DNA of 64,000 bases from Selaginella moellendorffii (GCF_000143415.4 NW_003314297.1:1031430-1095429); one strand, 5' to 3'; shown: positions 22,837 through 38,310, counted from the first letter of the stretch. Notes: generated from the letters alone by a model not told the origin. Numbers and translations: made by a program.

Positions 22837-23331
22837 ATTCTTCCACCTCTGAGAGAGACAGGGAATTTGACGAGGTACGTTTTTCCGAAGTCAATTTGTA
22901 TAGATGCTACTCTTTGATTGCAGGCACTGCGAGAGGCAAAGAGCAACTGAAAAACAAATAGAATGAAGAGCGAAAGCTCGTCAGTTATCTGGCTTTCCGT
23001 TCTAGGGGCTTGAGTAAGTCACAGGAAGGTCCTCTTATCTCCTCGCTTTTCATCGGGGTACCAAAGTTTAGAAGGAGGCATCAATCATCGATATACAATT
23101 AGCCAGGATGATCACTTTTTTTTTTTGTTGATTTTCATATGAAATCTAAACTATATTATTGCACTAATGGAATTAGACAACGCCAGAAACAACAAACAAA
23201 TTCCCCATCCTACGGCCTCTTAGTGTTATTAAAATGAGTTACACTTTGAATAAGCATTTTTATTAAGCTCCAATTTTGACAAGATCAGTTCTTGTAAAAC
23301 GCAAGATTGCCGAAAACGGTGGAATGAGCTT

Positions 23332-23574
23332 CTAGAGCGTACCCTGATAAGCTCCGGTGCTGCCAATCACCGCAACCTCTCGAACTTTATCAAAGATACT
23401 GTGTTGCCCGTGCATGCTCATCGTCCCATCCCTGGACACAGCCACCGTGGAATTGCTGGGATTGGTATCGACCTTGTCGTGGAAGTAGAGCTCCAGCCCT
23501 TCGATTTGAGTTGCATGAGTGAAACCAAAAGCCAGAGAGACCGCTAGGAGCAAGAGCAAAGGAAAGCACTCCAT
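23332..23574 (-). pseudogene. Dirigent protein, internally deleted
   Basis: Signal peptide MECFPLLLLLAVSLAFG, LELYFHD motif and REVAVIGSTGAYQG motif with the central region missing. Confidence 0.7.
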
Positions 23575-23959
23575 GAACTTCTTTTCTTTTGGACAATAGT
23601 GAAAGCAAGGAAGAAGGAAGAACTTCGGCCAGGATTCATCGTGAGACAAGCTTCCTTGGAAAGGAATAGTATCGGAAACAACAGACAACTACTTGCCCTC
23701 ACTGGGCACCAGCAACGTAAGAGCTGCCAAAGATGAGAACTGATTGCATTGTGTGGTGTATTCCTTTAGGAGACTATATCATGCCTTCAAGGAAAATAAC
23801 GAATTGATTTCTAAGAAAACGTCTCTTGTGCAACCTGAAACTCTCTCCAAAGAGGGTTAAATAATGTGACAAACTTTTCCAGTGCCAAGTGGTTACCCTC
23901 CATCCGACGGTGCCGATTGGCCAGATCCGGCGGCCCACAGAGTTCGCCTTAATCCCTAG

Positions 23960-23983
23960 AACCCTAAACCAGCCGCTAGGGTT
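23960..23983 (+). promoter_or_regulatory. Telo-box elements in RPSA promoter/5' UTR
   Basis: AACCCTAA at 23960 and TAGGGTT at 23977, with a GGCCCA site-II-like motif at ~23932; typical of plant ribosomal protein genes. Confidence 0.65.
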
Positions 23984-23997
23984 GAGTCTCCAGCGAA

Positions 23998-25259
23998 ATG
24001 GCGCTCTCGCCGAAGGAAGCCGACATCCAGATGATGCTGGCCTCGGCCGTGCATCTGGGCACCAAGAACTGCGATTTCCAGATGGAGCGCTACGTCTGGA
24101 AGCGCCGCTCCGACGGTAAGATCCTAGTCGCTTCTCGCGATCTTAGCTTTGTGGTGCCACAGGCATCTTCATCATCAACGTTGGGAAGACGTGGGAGAAG
24201 CTCCAGCTCGCGGCCCGCGTGATTGTGGGCATCGAGAACCCCCACGATATCATCGTGCAGTCGGCCAGGCCTTACGGGCAGCGCGCGGTGCTCAAGTTTG
24301 CGCAGTACACTGGCGCGCAGGCCATCGCCGGGAGGCACACCCCTGGAACTTTCACCAATCAGCTCCAGAACTCCTTCTCGGAGCCTCGCCTCCTCATTCT
24401 CACGGATCCGCGCACCGATCACCAGGTAAGTTTGCTCGCTCGATCTAGCACGACTTTTTTCCTCATTGGTTTCCTTCTTTTGTTTTGTGTCTGTGTGTTC
24501 TTCCAGCCGATTAAGGAGGCCGCGCTTGGAAACATCCCCGTGATCGCCTTCTGCGACACGGACTCGCCCATGAAGTACGTGGACATTGCTATCCCGGCCA
24601 ACAACAAGGGGAAGCACAGTATTGGGTGCTTGTTTTGGATGCTCGCTCGCATGGTGCTCCAGATGCGAGGCACCATCGCTCCCAGCCAGAAGTGGGATGT
24701 CATGGTAAGATCTATTTTCTTCGCTCATCTCTTGTTCTTGCTCGTGGTTTTTTCCCTGTGACCTACACTTGTTCGTGCTCGTGGTTTTTGCTGTAACTTA
24801 CACACTTGTTTGGCTATTCCTTTCGTAGGTGGACTTGTTTTTCTACCGGGAGCCCGATGAGACCAAGGACCGGGAGGGCGAGGAAGCCGCGATTGTTCCG
24901 CAGGAGTACAACGAGTTTTCGACTGCGCCACTGCCTTACTCGACCGCGTCCGTGCCGGAGGCGGCCTGGGACGGTGCTGCTGCAGAGGCTACCTGGGAAG
25001 CGACCGCTCCACCCGCAGCTGTTCCTGTTGATCCTGCCACTGCTGCTGCTGTCGCTGCTCCAGAATGGGCTGCAGCAGCTCCTCCCCCTGCTGCCGCACA
25101 AGGTTTGCAACTTTCTTTGCTTTTCTTTGGTTTTGTTTCTAGTTCTAAAACTTTGCAAACGCACCAGGTTGGGACGCTGCCGCTGCTCCAGTTCCGGCTG
25201 CTGGATGGGAGAGCACTCCGGCCGCGACTGGCTGGTCCGAGACAACACCAATGTACTGA
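23998..25259 (+). CDS. RPSA: 40S ribosomal protein SA (uS2); exons 23998-24115, 24163-24425, 24507-24704, 24829-25102, 25168-25259
   Basis: [72 protein letters not shown]; GT-AG introns keep the frame. Confidence 0.97.
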
Positions 25260-25417
25260 GCCAAGCTTTTAGAAACCAGAGTAACATCAAGTTTTGTATG
25301 GAAAGAATGAAAGCCTGGGAGCAATTTACTCTTTCAACTTTGCTTTTTCGTGTTGTGAGGTGAACCAAAAACAGAGAATAAATCTAGAGAGCTTCAAACG
25401 CTAAGATTCTATGCTGT

Positions 25418-25663
25418 TTACATGTCCTCTGGAGCGAATCGCTTGGACCGGGGGCTGAAGAGCTGAGGAAGTCCTGCGCTGGACATGACCCTGGACAAGG
25501 AGGGCTTGAGAGACTTGGAATGATCGAGCATCTTGTATCGGTGCTGGAGGCTCTGGGGCAAGGGGAGGAGACTGGAAGAGAGCAGCGTCACGAAGACGAG
25601 CAGAGCTTGGATCGCCCCAAGAACAAGCATGCTCTCCCACCATGGCAGCCCCTCGCCAAACAT
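25418..25663 (-). CDS. Small putative membrane protein, 81 aa
   Basis: ATG start, hydrophobic LVLGAIQALLVFVTLLSS segment, Ser/basic tail; CTATATAA ~190 nt upstream on the same strand. Confidence 0.5.
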   Translation of the reverse strand: MFGEGLPWWESMLVLGAIQALLVFVTLLSSSLLPLPQSLQHRYKMLDHSKSLKPSLSRVMSSAGLPQLFSPRSKRFAPEDM

Positions 25664-26075
25664 CTTGGAACTTCTTGTTGATGACCGAAAAACGACTACC
25701 AGAAATCTGGAACTATCGCCTGGAACTCTTCGAGTGATGAGCTTTTCTGGATTGGAACTCTGAGAGATTTTCTGGATGAAATCTGAAACTCTTTGAAGAA
25801 CGAAAACACGATCTGGAACTGCGGAGCTCTTCTGGACTAGCGTACATTATATAGATGCGACCTTTGACCCCGAGGCTGTGATCACGAAACAACCAAAGAA
25901 ACTTCCAAGAGACCACTATCCTAGACTGAGTCGTGCCAACACGGGATAAAGGCGGGTTATTAAACTATAATCAAAATTGCAAACGTTGTCTCCTAAAACT
26001 CTCCTCTCTTTCGTCCTTGGTCTCTTAAAATCTGTGTTGGTTATTCCCTCTTTTCTAACGGAAAGAAGTGGTCTC

Positions 26076-28748
<2,673 letters not shown>

Positions 28749-28788
28749 CCTTGGCAGGCGAGGAGCGACCGAGACAACAACGACGAAG

Positions 28789-28848
28789 AACCCTAGCTCA
28801 AAATCTCTAAAACCCTACGGCGAAACTTCTAGATCCTAAAACCCTAGC
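28789..28848 (-). promoter_or_regulatory. Telo-box cluster upstream of HSP60
   Basis: Three AACCCTA motifs at ~28789, 28811, 28840. Confidence 0.55.
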
Positions 28849-28916
28849 CGGTGTCCTTGATAAAGCCCCACTGTAAATAACCCCGCGTCCTTAAATTTCA
28901 AAACAAGACATTTGCG

Positions 28917-30722
28917 CTATAACTTTGCTTTCCAGCACGCTAATCCGGCCATCCATGTTTCTATCATGGCGCGAGAGCACACTGGTTGATCCGCTGGAAC
29001 CTGCGAATTGGACCACATTTTCTGTGAGAAAAAAATCCTCTTTTTCTTGCGAAGATCGCAAAGATCAAGTAAAGTTCTTGCCACTCCTACCTCATGTCCG
29101 GCTCCAGCGATGACAACGTGTGTGAGATTCCGGCCTTGCCTCCAGTAGCCCGCTTTGTCTCCCATGACTTTCCAGATCTCTCTGGGCGATTTCCAAAACC
29201 TGTCTACGTATTCCCAGTTGAGGGAGCGCATCCAAGCTTCCGAGGATGCGGCACCGTCCTTGGCATCGTAAACTCCCTGGTAGAGCAGCACTGGCAGCCC
29301 CTTCTTTAGGACCGTCTCCAGCATCCACTTCGTGCTCTTCATGGTGTCCTGCAATGCCATTCCATGTTTTGTCTCTGTTTTTTTCTTGGAGAACTTACCT
29401 CTGCCATGAGAAGTTTCACCGATTTACGGCAGCACGCGAAGTTTAGAGCGGTCGGATCCACTTTGAGGCTCGTTCTTACGTGCGGTAGATTCAGAAACTC
29501 TGCCAGATAGTCGGTTCCATCCTGCGTCCAAGTTTTATAATCTCGAAACTGTGACAGGAAATCCTGTGATTTTTTACCTCTCGGCGATGGTATCTCGAGG
29601 AGCGTCTTACATCCAAAAGCGTGGGAATGCCGCTCGTTGTTTCAATCCACTTGCAAAGGTAAGTTCTCTGCTCGTGTGCAGCTAACCAATCTTCCCTGAA
29701 TATAAAAGTTCAGCTCAGAGGGGATGGAAAAGAAAAATTCTTTCAACCTATCAATAAGCTCGACGACTTCTCGAGCGAGCTCTTGAACGTATTGGCTTTG
29801 CTGCTTGTCTAAAAGCCCAAAACAAAAGGCAACTTCGGCGTGCATTTGCACCTGCAAGGCCGAAAGCCGAAAAGAGTGAGAGGAAGAAAACGTTTCAAAG
29901 CATATTAGCTTTTTCATACCTGTGTTCTTGGATGTATCAACCCGTTTCCAATGGCAACTCCAGAGAGCTGAGAGCTCAGACCATTCCCGTTCTTCCTGGT
30001 CAGAATATGGTGAGCGAGAGCCGGCAAGTACTTCCCCGCGTAGCTCTCTCCAGCAAGAACCAATGGACGCTTTGTAAAGCTCTTTTGCTCCATGAAAGTC
30101 GACAGCGCGTTGTGCAAATGAAGAGCTACCGTTTCCTGGCACCTTGGAACCTCGAGCTCCGACGCTGCAATACTGAAGCCAGTCCCAATTGGATTGTCTA
30201 CAAACAAAATCCCACACCTGGAAGACAAAATATGTTCAAAACGAAACTTTCAGTCACTTCGAAAACAAAAATCTACGATACCTTCGGTTCCACGCTCCTG
30301 GATTTTTTTGCAAGCTGAAGTTCTCTTGGACAATCCATGGGCCGAGCTCGTAGAAGCAACCGATTAAGCTGGAGCAACCGGGTCCGCCGTTGAGCCACAC
30401 CATAATCGGTGAGATTTCCAGCTCGGTGTCTGGCTTGCTCGCTTCGTAGTAAACGTAAAAGAGGCGAGACTCGCTCGACTCGTCGATGGGGAGATAGCCG
30501 GAGTCGGTTGGCAAAGCCTCGTCGGGGAATTCATACTCGGCAGCGTGGATTTCAATCTCCGGAAGCTTGGTTATGGAAGTCTGGACCTGAAAAACCACAA
30601 AGAAAAGTTGGCAAATGCAGGTGAGAAATTTCTATCTTATGATTTCTTCTCTCTGTTTTTTTTTTTTTCATGAGCTAAACCTGGTCGCAGGCCATAATAC
30701 TTCGATCACAAGCAACTTCCAT
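28917..30722 (-). CDS. Serine carboxypeptidase-like protein (peptidase S10), multi-exon; start codon tentative
   Basis: WLNGGPGCSS, ELGPW, LFVDNPIGTGFS, catalytic GESYAGKY, AIGNGL, VLLYQGVYD, IAGAGHEVPADQP. Confidence 0.9.
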
Positions 30723-32199
30723 CAACACCCAGCTTTTGCTTGGAGGAAGAAGAAAAGAAAAAAGGAGAAGAAATTCACTAACGAAGGATAAAGCAAACCA
30801 GGAACTAAAGGAACGATCCCAATGAGAGAGGAGATTCTCAAATAAGGCAAAGATAGAAGAAATCAGCGGCCATACGTACGATCCTGCGAGCTTTGGTTCG
30901 AACAGTGGTTCGAAAGCAAGAAGAGGGACCCCGATTCGGCGTTGGCAGCCTGATCTCTCGAAACGGGACGTTGAATCTGGGACTGCTCGCAGCGCTGCTG
31001 CCGCTGGCGAGCTGCATTGCGACGCGATCTCCCGCGCCGGGGGCAAGCGACGTGTGCCCCGTCGATCGAAGCCCCGGAAGAACCCTAAATTCTTTATTTG
31101 AAATCGAATCTTTACTGGTTCTTTGCTTAAGTAAATGATTTCTTCCATGAAGGAAACATCCTTCATCCCTGCTGATGATAATCAAGCCACAAAGTAGTTT
31201 ATAATGTTTGACCTGTGGATTTTTCCACTCTATTTCTGCATTACATGGCTCTTTGTGTAAGAGTCCTCTCTAGGTTAAGAGATAGGGTTAGGCTCATTAG
31301 ATGAGAATAATTCCTGCAAGGTATTTGACATTCAGCCTTATCTATTTAAATTTCTACCAGCTTATAAATATGGTTTGTATTCAAACTAAAAATCACAGAA
31401 TAGACACTACTTAAATGAATGCTGGAATGGCTTTTAAGTATATTATTATCTAAACATAAAAGTATGATCTTTAACAGTAGCTTAATAATAAAACTACAAT
31501 AAAATTTTAAAGGTTTTGGGAAAACTTTTAGGCAGCAAATGAGAATGAAACGACAGTAAAAATTGGTAAAGCTAAGAAAATTATTAAATACCACGAATAG
31601 AGATTACTTCCTGCAAATCTAAGATTAAGGAAACTTTAGGAAGTTATATGATAATAATATAACCCAAAAGCTCGAAATAATGGCGATAGAGAGGAGGATA
31701 GTCTGCAAATATTTATAACTTTAACAAGATTTAATATCAGAATATAATTATTAATTAATTAATTTTAAACGGGTAATACCTCCCATTGGATGGCTGAAGC
31801 ATAGACCACTTTCTGGTCCCATCACGGATCACTACTGCTGCATGATCAACCTGTTTGGGTGCTGGATTGCCCAAAAGATTGTCAACAGCCTCCCAGTGAG
31901 CAGAGACGATGTAGCATTTACCACTATTCTTGCAGCGTAATATACTCCTAATATTATGCTCCAGAGTTCTTTACTGACTTGGTTCTATCAAACTTTGACT
32001 TTGAGCTAGAAGAGGGACTTCGGAGATACAGATACATTTTTGGCTCGTTCAATTTTGACATGATCAGTTAACACTAAATAGAAAGATTGCCGAAAATGCC
32101 TGCAATTATTGCAATCTTCATTGAAGATTGAAGAGATATGCAAAAGCTACAATAGGCAAGGATGACTCAAGGATAGCTAGAATACAAGAGACAGTGAGG

Positions 32200-32470
32200 T
32201 GGCACTACTGCCACCTAGGATCATGTCATAGAGAGCTCAAAAAAGATGCTGTTGCCTGCGCATGCTCATCGTCCCATCCTTGAACACAGCCACGAATGTC
32301 AAGAACAAACCGGTTGTGATGTTGGTGTTGGCGGAATGTACATCCCTTTGGCTCTTCCTACAATCTGGGAGTCACGCGAGGGAGAACATCATCGATGACA
32401 AACACCGCATCAAAATGGCCATTCCGCGACCAAAACCACCGTGAAATTTGATTTCAATTGCATGAGAAAA
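32200..32470 (-). pseudogene. Dirigent-like protein remnant
   Basis: Homologous to 16560..16830 and to the DGTMSM segment of 23332..23574. Confidence 0.55.
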
Positions 32471-32753
32471 CCACCGTACGAATTCTGGTGTTGTCTAATA
32501 TCTATTAGTGCAATAATATTATCACCGACTCAAGCATCGATAGTTTAGATTTCATAAAAACAGAATAAAAATTAACAAAATCAATTTGTGATCATCCTGG
32601 CTATTGTATATCGATGATTGATGGCTCCTCCTAAACTTTTGTACCCCGATGAAAGGCCAGGAAGACCTTCCTGTGACTTACTCAAGCACATAGAAGGGAC
32701 TGAAGAGAAAGCCAGATAAATGACGAGCTTTCGCTCTTCATTCTATTTGTTTT

Positions 32754-34459
32754 TCACTTGTTCTTATGTTTTGTCTCTTGCAGTGCCTGCAATCAAAGAG
32801 TAGCATCTATACAGATTGCCTTTGAAGAAACGTACCTCGTCAAGTTCCCTGTCTCTCTCAGAGGTGGAAGAATTCACCAGGATACAGAAAGGCTCGTACC
32901 TGGTCGGCGTTTTCACCTGTCAGAGAAGCGTGCCCCGGAGCAGATGGCTCCACCTCCAAATCACTCTTGACCCGCTTGGGATCATTGGCTGTCAACTTCC
33001 GGACGAGGTTCTCGTCGCTCGTGATCTCGGGGCTGTTCTCCACATCACGCTTCCTGATTGATTCAGCTTCATCAGTTCATATTGTCAGCTCAAGTGCAGA
33101 GACTACTAACCTGTGGGAAAAAGGCCGGATGCGGGGCTCCATCATGATGAACTTCTGCATTTGTTTCTCTATCTCAGCCCGCTTCTTTGCCAGTGCTGCG
33201 ACATCTCCAGGATCGAACACGGTGCCAGAACGATCCGCCACCTTTCGTCCTTGTTCCCGTCCATGAAACTGCTCTGGAACCCGGTCGCGTCGAGATGATA
33301 GGCGCACTGGGAGCTCGTTTGCAGCCATTTTCTCGCCTGCTGGATGATGAGAGTAGCCACCAGACGAGAAGAGTGGATCATCCTCCGGAGTGGCTGAGAA
33401 CAGCCTTCGCTGCTCGTCAACTTCATACGCAGGAAAGAGGACGAGAGGATCCTCCATCATGACGTTTCCCCGGCTTCCTTGCTGGCCATGCACTGGATCA
33501 GCAGCACGAAAGAGTGGATCGTTTCCGGATGCAGACTTGTGGCGAGCATCAGCGGGAAGAGCAGACGGTGGCAGCCGCCTTGGTGGTCTCAGGAGCTCGC
33601 GAATTAGGGGGTCAGCAGCCGCCTTATTCCTGCCGGCATTCAACTGCGATGATGGTCGAGGCTCCACTTTGGTAATGAGGTGCTCCCGCTGGTTGCTGCT
33701 GCTGCCGCTGTTGCCACCGCTAGGCTGATGGCCATCCTCCACCAGGATGTCGTCGTGGTGGATGTCGCCGTGCACCTTGTTCCTTCTCCTCTTCAAGAGT
33801 ATCCAGACTCCAGTGACGATAGCTACCAGTGCGAGCAGGAGCATAACGATGCCTGCCGCGAGCACACCAGGTGATGCCACGAATGCAGCTGCAGCTGCTG
33901 CTGCTGAAGATGGTGCTGACGACGCCGTAGGCGGAGAGGTGTCCAAGCCAAGGGGCCTTGGTTGCCACGTTATGGTCGAAGGTGGTGGTGATGGCGGCCT
34001 TGGGTTCCACGTTATGGTCGAAGGTGGTGGCGATGGCGGCCTTGGGTTCCACATTATGCTCGAAGGTGGTGGCGATGACGGCCCGGCCCTCCTTGGTCGC
34101 CAGGTTACAGTGTCGGCCTTGTTGGGCGGCGAAGAAGAAGGTGACGGCCCTGTAGCAGCTCCATCACCAGCTCGTCGATGTCCATGGTGCCTCTTTGGCT
34201 CTGCTGCTGGATGTTCCTTGGTGGGCGGAGAGCTCGGTGGTGGATGTCCAGCTCCATGATGCTCAGGAGAACTCGGTGGTGGCTTTGCTGGTGAGTGATG
34301 TCCATCTGTGGGCTTTGGTGGACTGTGCCTCTTGGTTGGCGCCGGCGGAGACCTCTTTGGTGGCGGAGATGAAGTTGGCGATGGTTTGGGCGGCGGCGTC
34401 CTCCTCGCGTGCTCCCGGTGAGGCGGCGTGGGCGGTGGCGTGGAGATTTTGCGAGCCAT
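32754..34459 (-). CDS. Pro-rich single-pass membrane protein, copy 6; predicted intact 497 aa; exons 34459-33111, 33053-32972, 32916-32900, 32848-32836, 32786-32754
   Basis: Four GT-AG introns of 57, 55, 51 and 49 nt give an open frame ending DPKRVKTPTRELDEALQETKHKNK*; the apparent stop at 33077 falls inside intron 1. Confidence 0.7.
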
Positions 34460-35004
34460 AGTCAGAGATCAAGCTTACCAGAGAAAGTCGCAGTATTTCA
34501 GCTCAAGCTCGCTTGCTTACCAGAGGAAACTCGCGCTTGCTTACTTCCCCCTTTTTTAGGGAATTTAAGTGTCTGAAAGCTAAGTACTTATGATGTGTAC
34601 GGTAAACGAATGGTATTTTCGTACAAATAGAAGAATAGTAGTCATTCTTGTACAATCTAGACCGTGCATTTAAAATTTTCTGGACCGTTCCTTTATATAC
34701 AATCTACACTGTGTAAAATCTTGGCTGTCGTATTAATTAATCGAAGCCGTCGATCTAACATGATCTCAACCGTCCCATATTCAACTGAAAGTTTTAGCGA
34801 ACTTAGCGATCCTCATTTGAAGGGTTGGAGAGATATTATAGAAACGAGAAGAAATTCTCAAACACGGAACCAAATTAGATAAGGACTAAGCAATGCCGTC
34901 CCACAACAACTCTCTAGCATTGTGTGCTGGCTCGAGCTATAAATATGAGCCCCTCCTGCCTCACAGATCAAACCACTTCTCTCTAATAGAACAAGCAGCA
35001 AAGC

Positions 35005-35202
35005 ATGGAGAACAAGGCTTTCTTCGTGTTGTTTTTGGCACTCGCCATATTTGTGATGATGCTGGCCATGGGCGTGGACGTGGGAGGAATCGCAAAGGCT
35101 GCTGCCCAGCGCTGCCAGTCGGGGTGGTATTGGTATGACAACAGTTGCCACCGTTGCCAGAGGGGTTGGAGCTGGCGCAACAATCGCTGCTGGCGCAACT
35201 GA
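35005..35202 (+). CDS. Secreted Cys/Trp/Arg-rich peptide precursor, 65 aa (family A, copy 5)
   Basis: Intact ORF with TATA at ~34938. Confidence 0.85.
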   Translation: MENKAFFVLFLALAIFVMMLAMGVDVGGIAKAAAQRCQSGWYWYDNSCHRCQRGWSWRNNRCWRN

Positions 35203-35422
35203 AACCTCCAGTTTCACGGGGTAAGCCCAAGCTAAGAATCAGCATCGTAATTGCCTTTGATTTCATCGTTCTGCAGTGCCAAGGGTCTGGAAACAAGAAT
35301 AAAGACACTGATGACGTGTTTTCTGTATCGTGCGATGCTGCATGGCATTGCATGAGTTCCAGCAATAAAATATAAATTGTCCAAGCCTTGATATAAAATG
35401 TCTGAATCTGCCCTTGCTCCTT

Positions 35423-35522
35423 NNNNNNNNNNNNNNNNNNNNNNNNNNNNNNNNNNNNNNNNNNNNNNNNNNNNNNNNNNNNNNNNNNNNNNNNNNNNNN
35501 NNNNNNNNNNNNNNNNNNNNNN
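35423..35522. other. Assembly gap (100 N)
   Basis: N run; the duplicated unit has only ~8 nt (CCTCCAAG) at the equivalent position. Confidence 0.99.
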
Positions 35523-35604
35523 TCCCTCGACTTCCAGTCGATTGCTCCAATGATCGGCAAGCAATAAGACTCGATTGGAGCATCAAAACCAGGCCCAGGC
35601 ACAC

Positions 35605-35740
35605 CTAGCGGTGGGAGTGGAGGTCGGGAGGATCATCAAGGCGATGGCGCATCGCTGCTTCGGAGGGATGGATTTCGCTGCGCGCAATGCAATTGGTACG
35701 GGTATGGCGTGGCGCTGGAATGGCAGCCGCGGCCTCCACT
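35605..35740 (+). pseudogene. Peptide paralogue family B remnant
   Basis: Homologous to 19971..20136 with deletions. Confidence 0.55.
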
Positions 35741-36459
35741 GAAGAATTGCCTCGAAGAACCACGGGAACGAATCTCGAATCATGAAAAGTGATATATATA
35801 TAGAATAAGAGTGAACGAAGATGTTTTGGAGTCTATTGACGTGTTTAGTGCCCTGAGACTGTCAAGCGTTTTCTGCAAAGTTGTGTGTAACGTATGGACT
35901 TTTAATATATAGGAACTTTTTTCATATAATCTAGACTCAAATTTATATTTTATATAATATTAAATATATTAAATTGGAAAAGCAACAAGATGGAAATATG
36001 ACGCAGTAGTGGAGACAAATTTGTCCAAGACAAAGTCTAGCAATTACATACCCCAACCACGTATAACCTCTCTCGATCGAAAATGAAATGAAACACACAT
36101 TTCTGTTCTAAAGATCGTTAAGATCCAACTATTTATTTGGATTTTTGTTCTTCCCAGTGGCAGTGAAATCTAGCGCGTGGTGATGCATGAGTTCATATAT
36201 TATATAAACTGTGAAAAAACTAAAAATGTTGTCTTTACTCATCTGGATTCACAGCTTCACTTCCTGTGTTGTTCTATGTCCCAGCATTACAGAAGAGAAA
36301 AGGAATTGACAAACACGGAACGACTTCCTCGACTAACTTTTAAAGGACAAAGAGATGCCGTCCCAAGAGGGGCCACTCAAGCATTGTATGCTGCCTCGAG
36401 CTATAAAAATACAAGCGGCCTCACAGATCAAATCACTTCTCTCGAATATACTAGAGTTT

Positions 36460-36565
36460 CATAGGCTTGCTTGGTGTTGTTTTCGGTTCTCGCCATGTTG
36501 CAAAGGCGCTCCCTGCCACCGATGCCCTCGAGGACGGCGCTGGTATGGCGGCTCTGTGATCGTAA
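36460..36565 (+). pseudogene. Peptide paralogue family C remnant (start lost)
   Basis: ACLVLFSVLAML and CHRCPRGRRWYGG fragments; equivalent copy at ~46340-46445. Confidence 0.55.
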
Positions 36566-36786
36566 GTTTCCTCTCAGGGATTGTTTTGCAAAGTTTGGCT
36601 TGTTCTTTGAAAGCGCCTTTAAATAGGAGAGAGATGAAGAAAAAGTGGCATTGAAAAATTAGAGCAGACTACCACGCCTGTAAGCCTGTACTACCACGCA
36701 GACGTACTGATTCAAGCCTCTAGAACGCGGCAGTCAGTGCTGCCCGGTCCTGCTGGTCGGACAGTAGTCCCCCTGCCTCACCACGG

Positions 36787-38310
36787 GTGGCCGATCTAGA
36801 GCAGCGCGCATTGTCGCTCGACGACGACTACGCGCAACTTCTCACAGCTTGCATCGAATTGCGTCAACGCGCCACGCGCTCATCCTTGGGAGCACCCACC
36901 ACTAATCCAGCAGGTACCTCGCAAATCTTCTCATCCAACTCTATGAAAGGTGCTAGCGCGCGGATCGAGCATTGGCAGGTGTTTATCAGCATCCACGAGC
37001 CCAATAGATTCTCTAGGAACTTGCTGCTTGGCCCTTATGCCCAAAGTGGGTATCTTGAGGAAGCAAAAGAGCCGTTTGATCAGATGCCACAAAGGGATGT
37101 TTCTGCATGGATGATTTTTATGACGGCCTGTGAAAACCGTGGAAACTTGGAGGAATGCCGAGCATTGTTTGATCAGGTTCCAGAATGGGATGTAGTTTTC
37201 TGGAACTCTCTAATTACAGTATATGCTTATAACGGGCATATGGATCAAGGGTCTTTGATGGAATGCTAGAACACAACATAGTTTCTTGGGCTGTTATGGT
37301 TACTGGGTATGCAAGAAAAGGTCTTGTTAACGACGCGCTACGTTTTTTTATGGGAATCCCCGAAACCAACGAGCTGGGATGAACTGTTCCTGTCCCCCAG
37401 CTTGAGCATAATGAAACAGCCAAGGAGCTTTTCAGTAAAATGTGCCACAGAAGAACGTTGCATCGTGGTCGACAATATCACAACACTGGCCGAGAGAAAC
37501 CAGCTCGAAGAAGCTCGCATTTTCTTCGATCGACCTCCCCGACGACGTGGTGTGGACTGACATGATCTTGGCCTACTCCAACCACGGCCACCTCGAAGAA
37601 GCCATGAAGATGTTTGCACGGATGCCACAGCGCGATCACGTCGCTTAGACGGCAATGGTGGCGTCAATTGCTTTGCACGGGTGCCATCTTGTTCGACCAA
37701 ATGCCACAGCATGATAGCGTCGCGTGAAACACGCTGGGAGCTTACATCCAGAGCAATTGCCCTCGTCCAGCGCGGGAGCTCTTCGCGGCCATGCTGGTGA
37801 GAGACACAGCGAGCTGGATTGCCGCGAGCACTCAAAGGGGGAATCTCTTGCAGGCTGGGAACATCTTCTCCATTGTGCCGCGGAACGCGATGATCCATGG
37901 CTGCGCACAGAATGGCCACGCTGAGTTTTTGACAGCATGGCGATGGAGGGCGAGACGAGAAACGAGATAAGTTTCCAGGCGATTCTCCTGACTTGCGGAA
38001 GCTCCGAGTGGCACTCAACTACTTTCGATCTATGGTGGCCGAGTACAGCATTTCTCCATGTGATTCACTTCCAGGCGATGGCAGTGCTGGGACGAGCCGG
38101 GCTGGTTGCCGAGGCCGAAGGTCTGCTGCTGGTGATGCCCTTCCAGCCGCATTTCCTCGCGTGGAAGAGCTTGATCAGCGGTTGCAAAGTTCATGGCAGC
38201 GGCAAGAACATCGATGCTGCAGCTCGTGCCGCAGAGAAACTCTTGGAGATGGAACCATGGGACTCGGCGCTCTACGTGCTCATGTCGAATTTGCAAAAGC
38301 AGGATGCTTG
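36787..38310 (+). pseudogene. PLS-class PPR (E-type) pseudogene
   Basis: Frameshifted PPR motifs and E domain VLGRAGLVAEAEGLL..AAEKLLEMEPWDSALYVLMSNL. Confidence 0.85.

Noticed and set aside
28917-30722. SCPL as the processing enzyme for the peptides
   Set aside because: Adjacency is the only evidence; it belongs to the housekeeping island and its duplicates are truncated.
30675-31185. 163-aa and 115-aa ORFs upstream of SCPL (duplicated at 40822-41332)
   Set aside because: They read like UTR/intron sequence (T-rich tract, telo-box at ~31081) with no recognisable domain; conservation only reflects the recent duplication.
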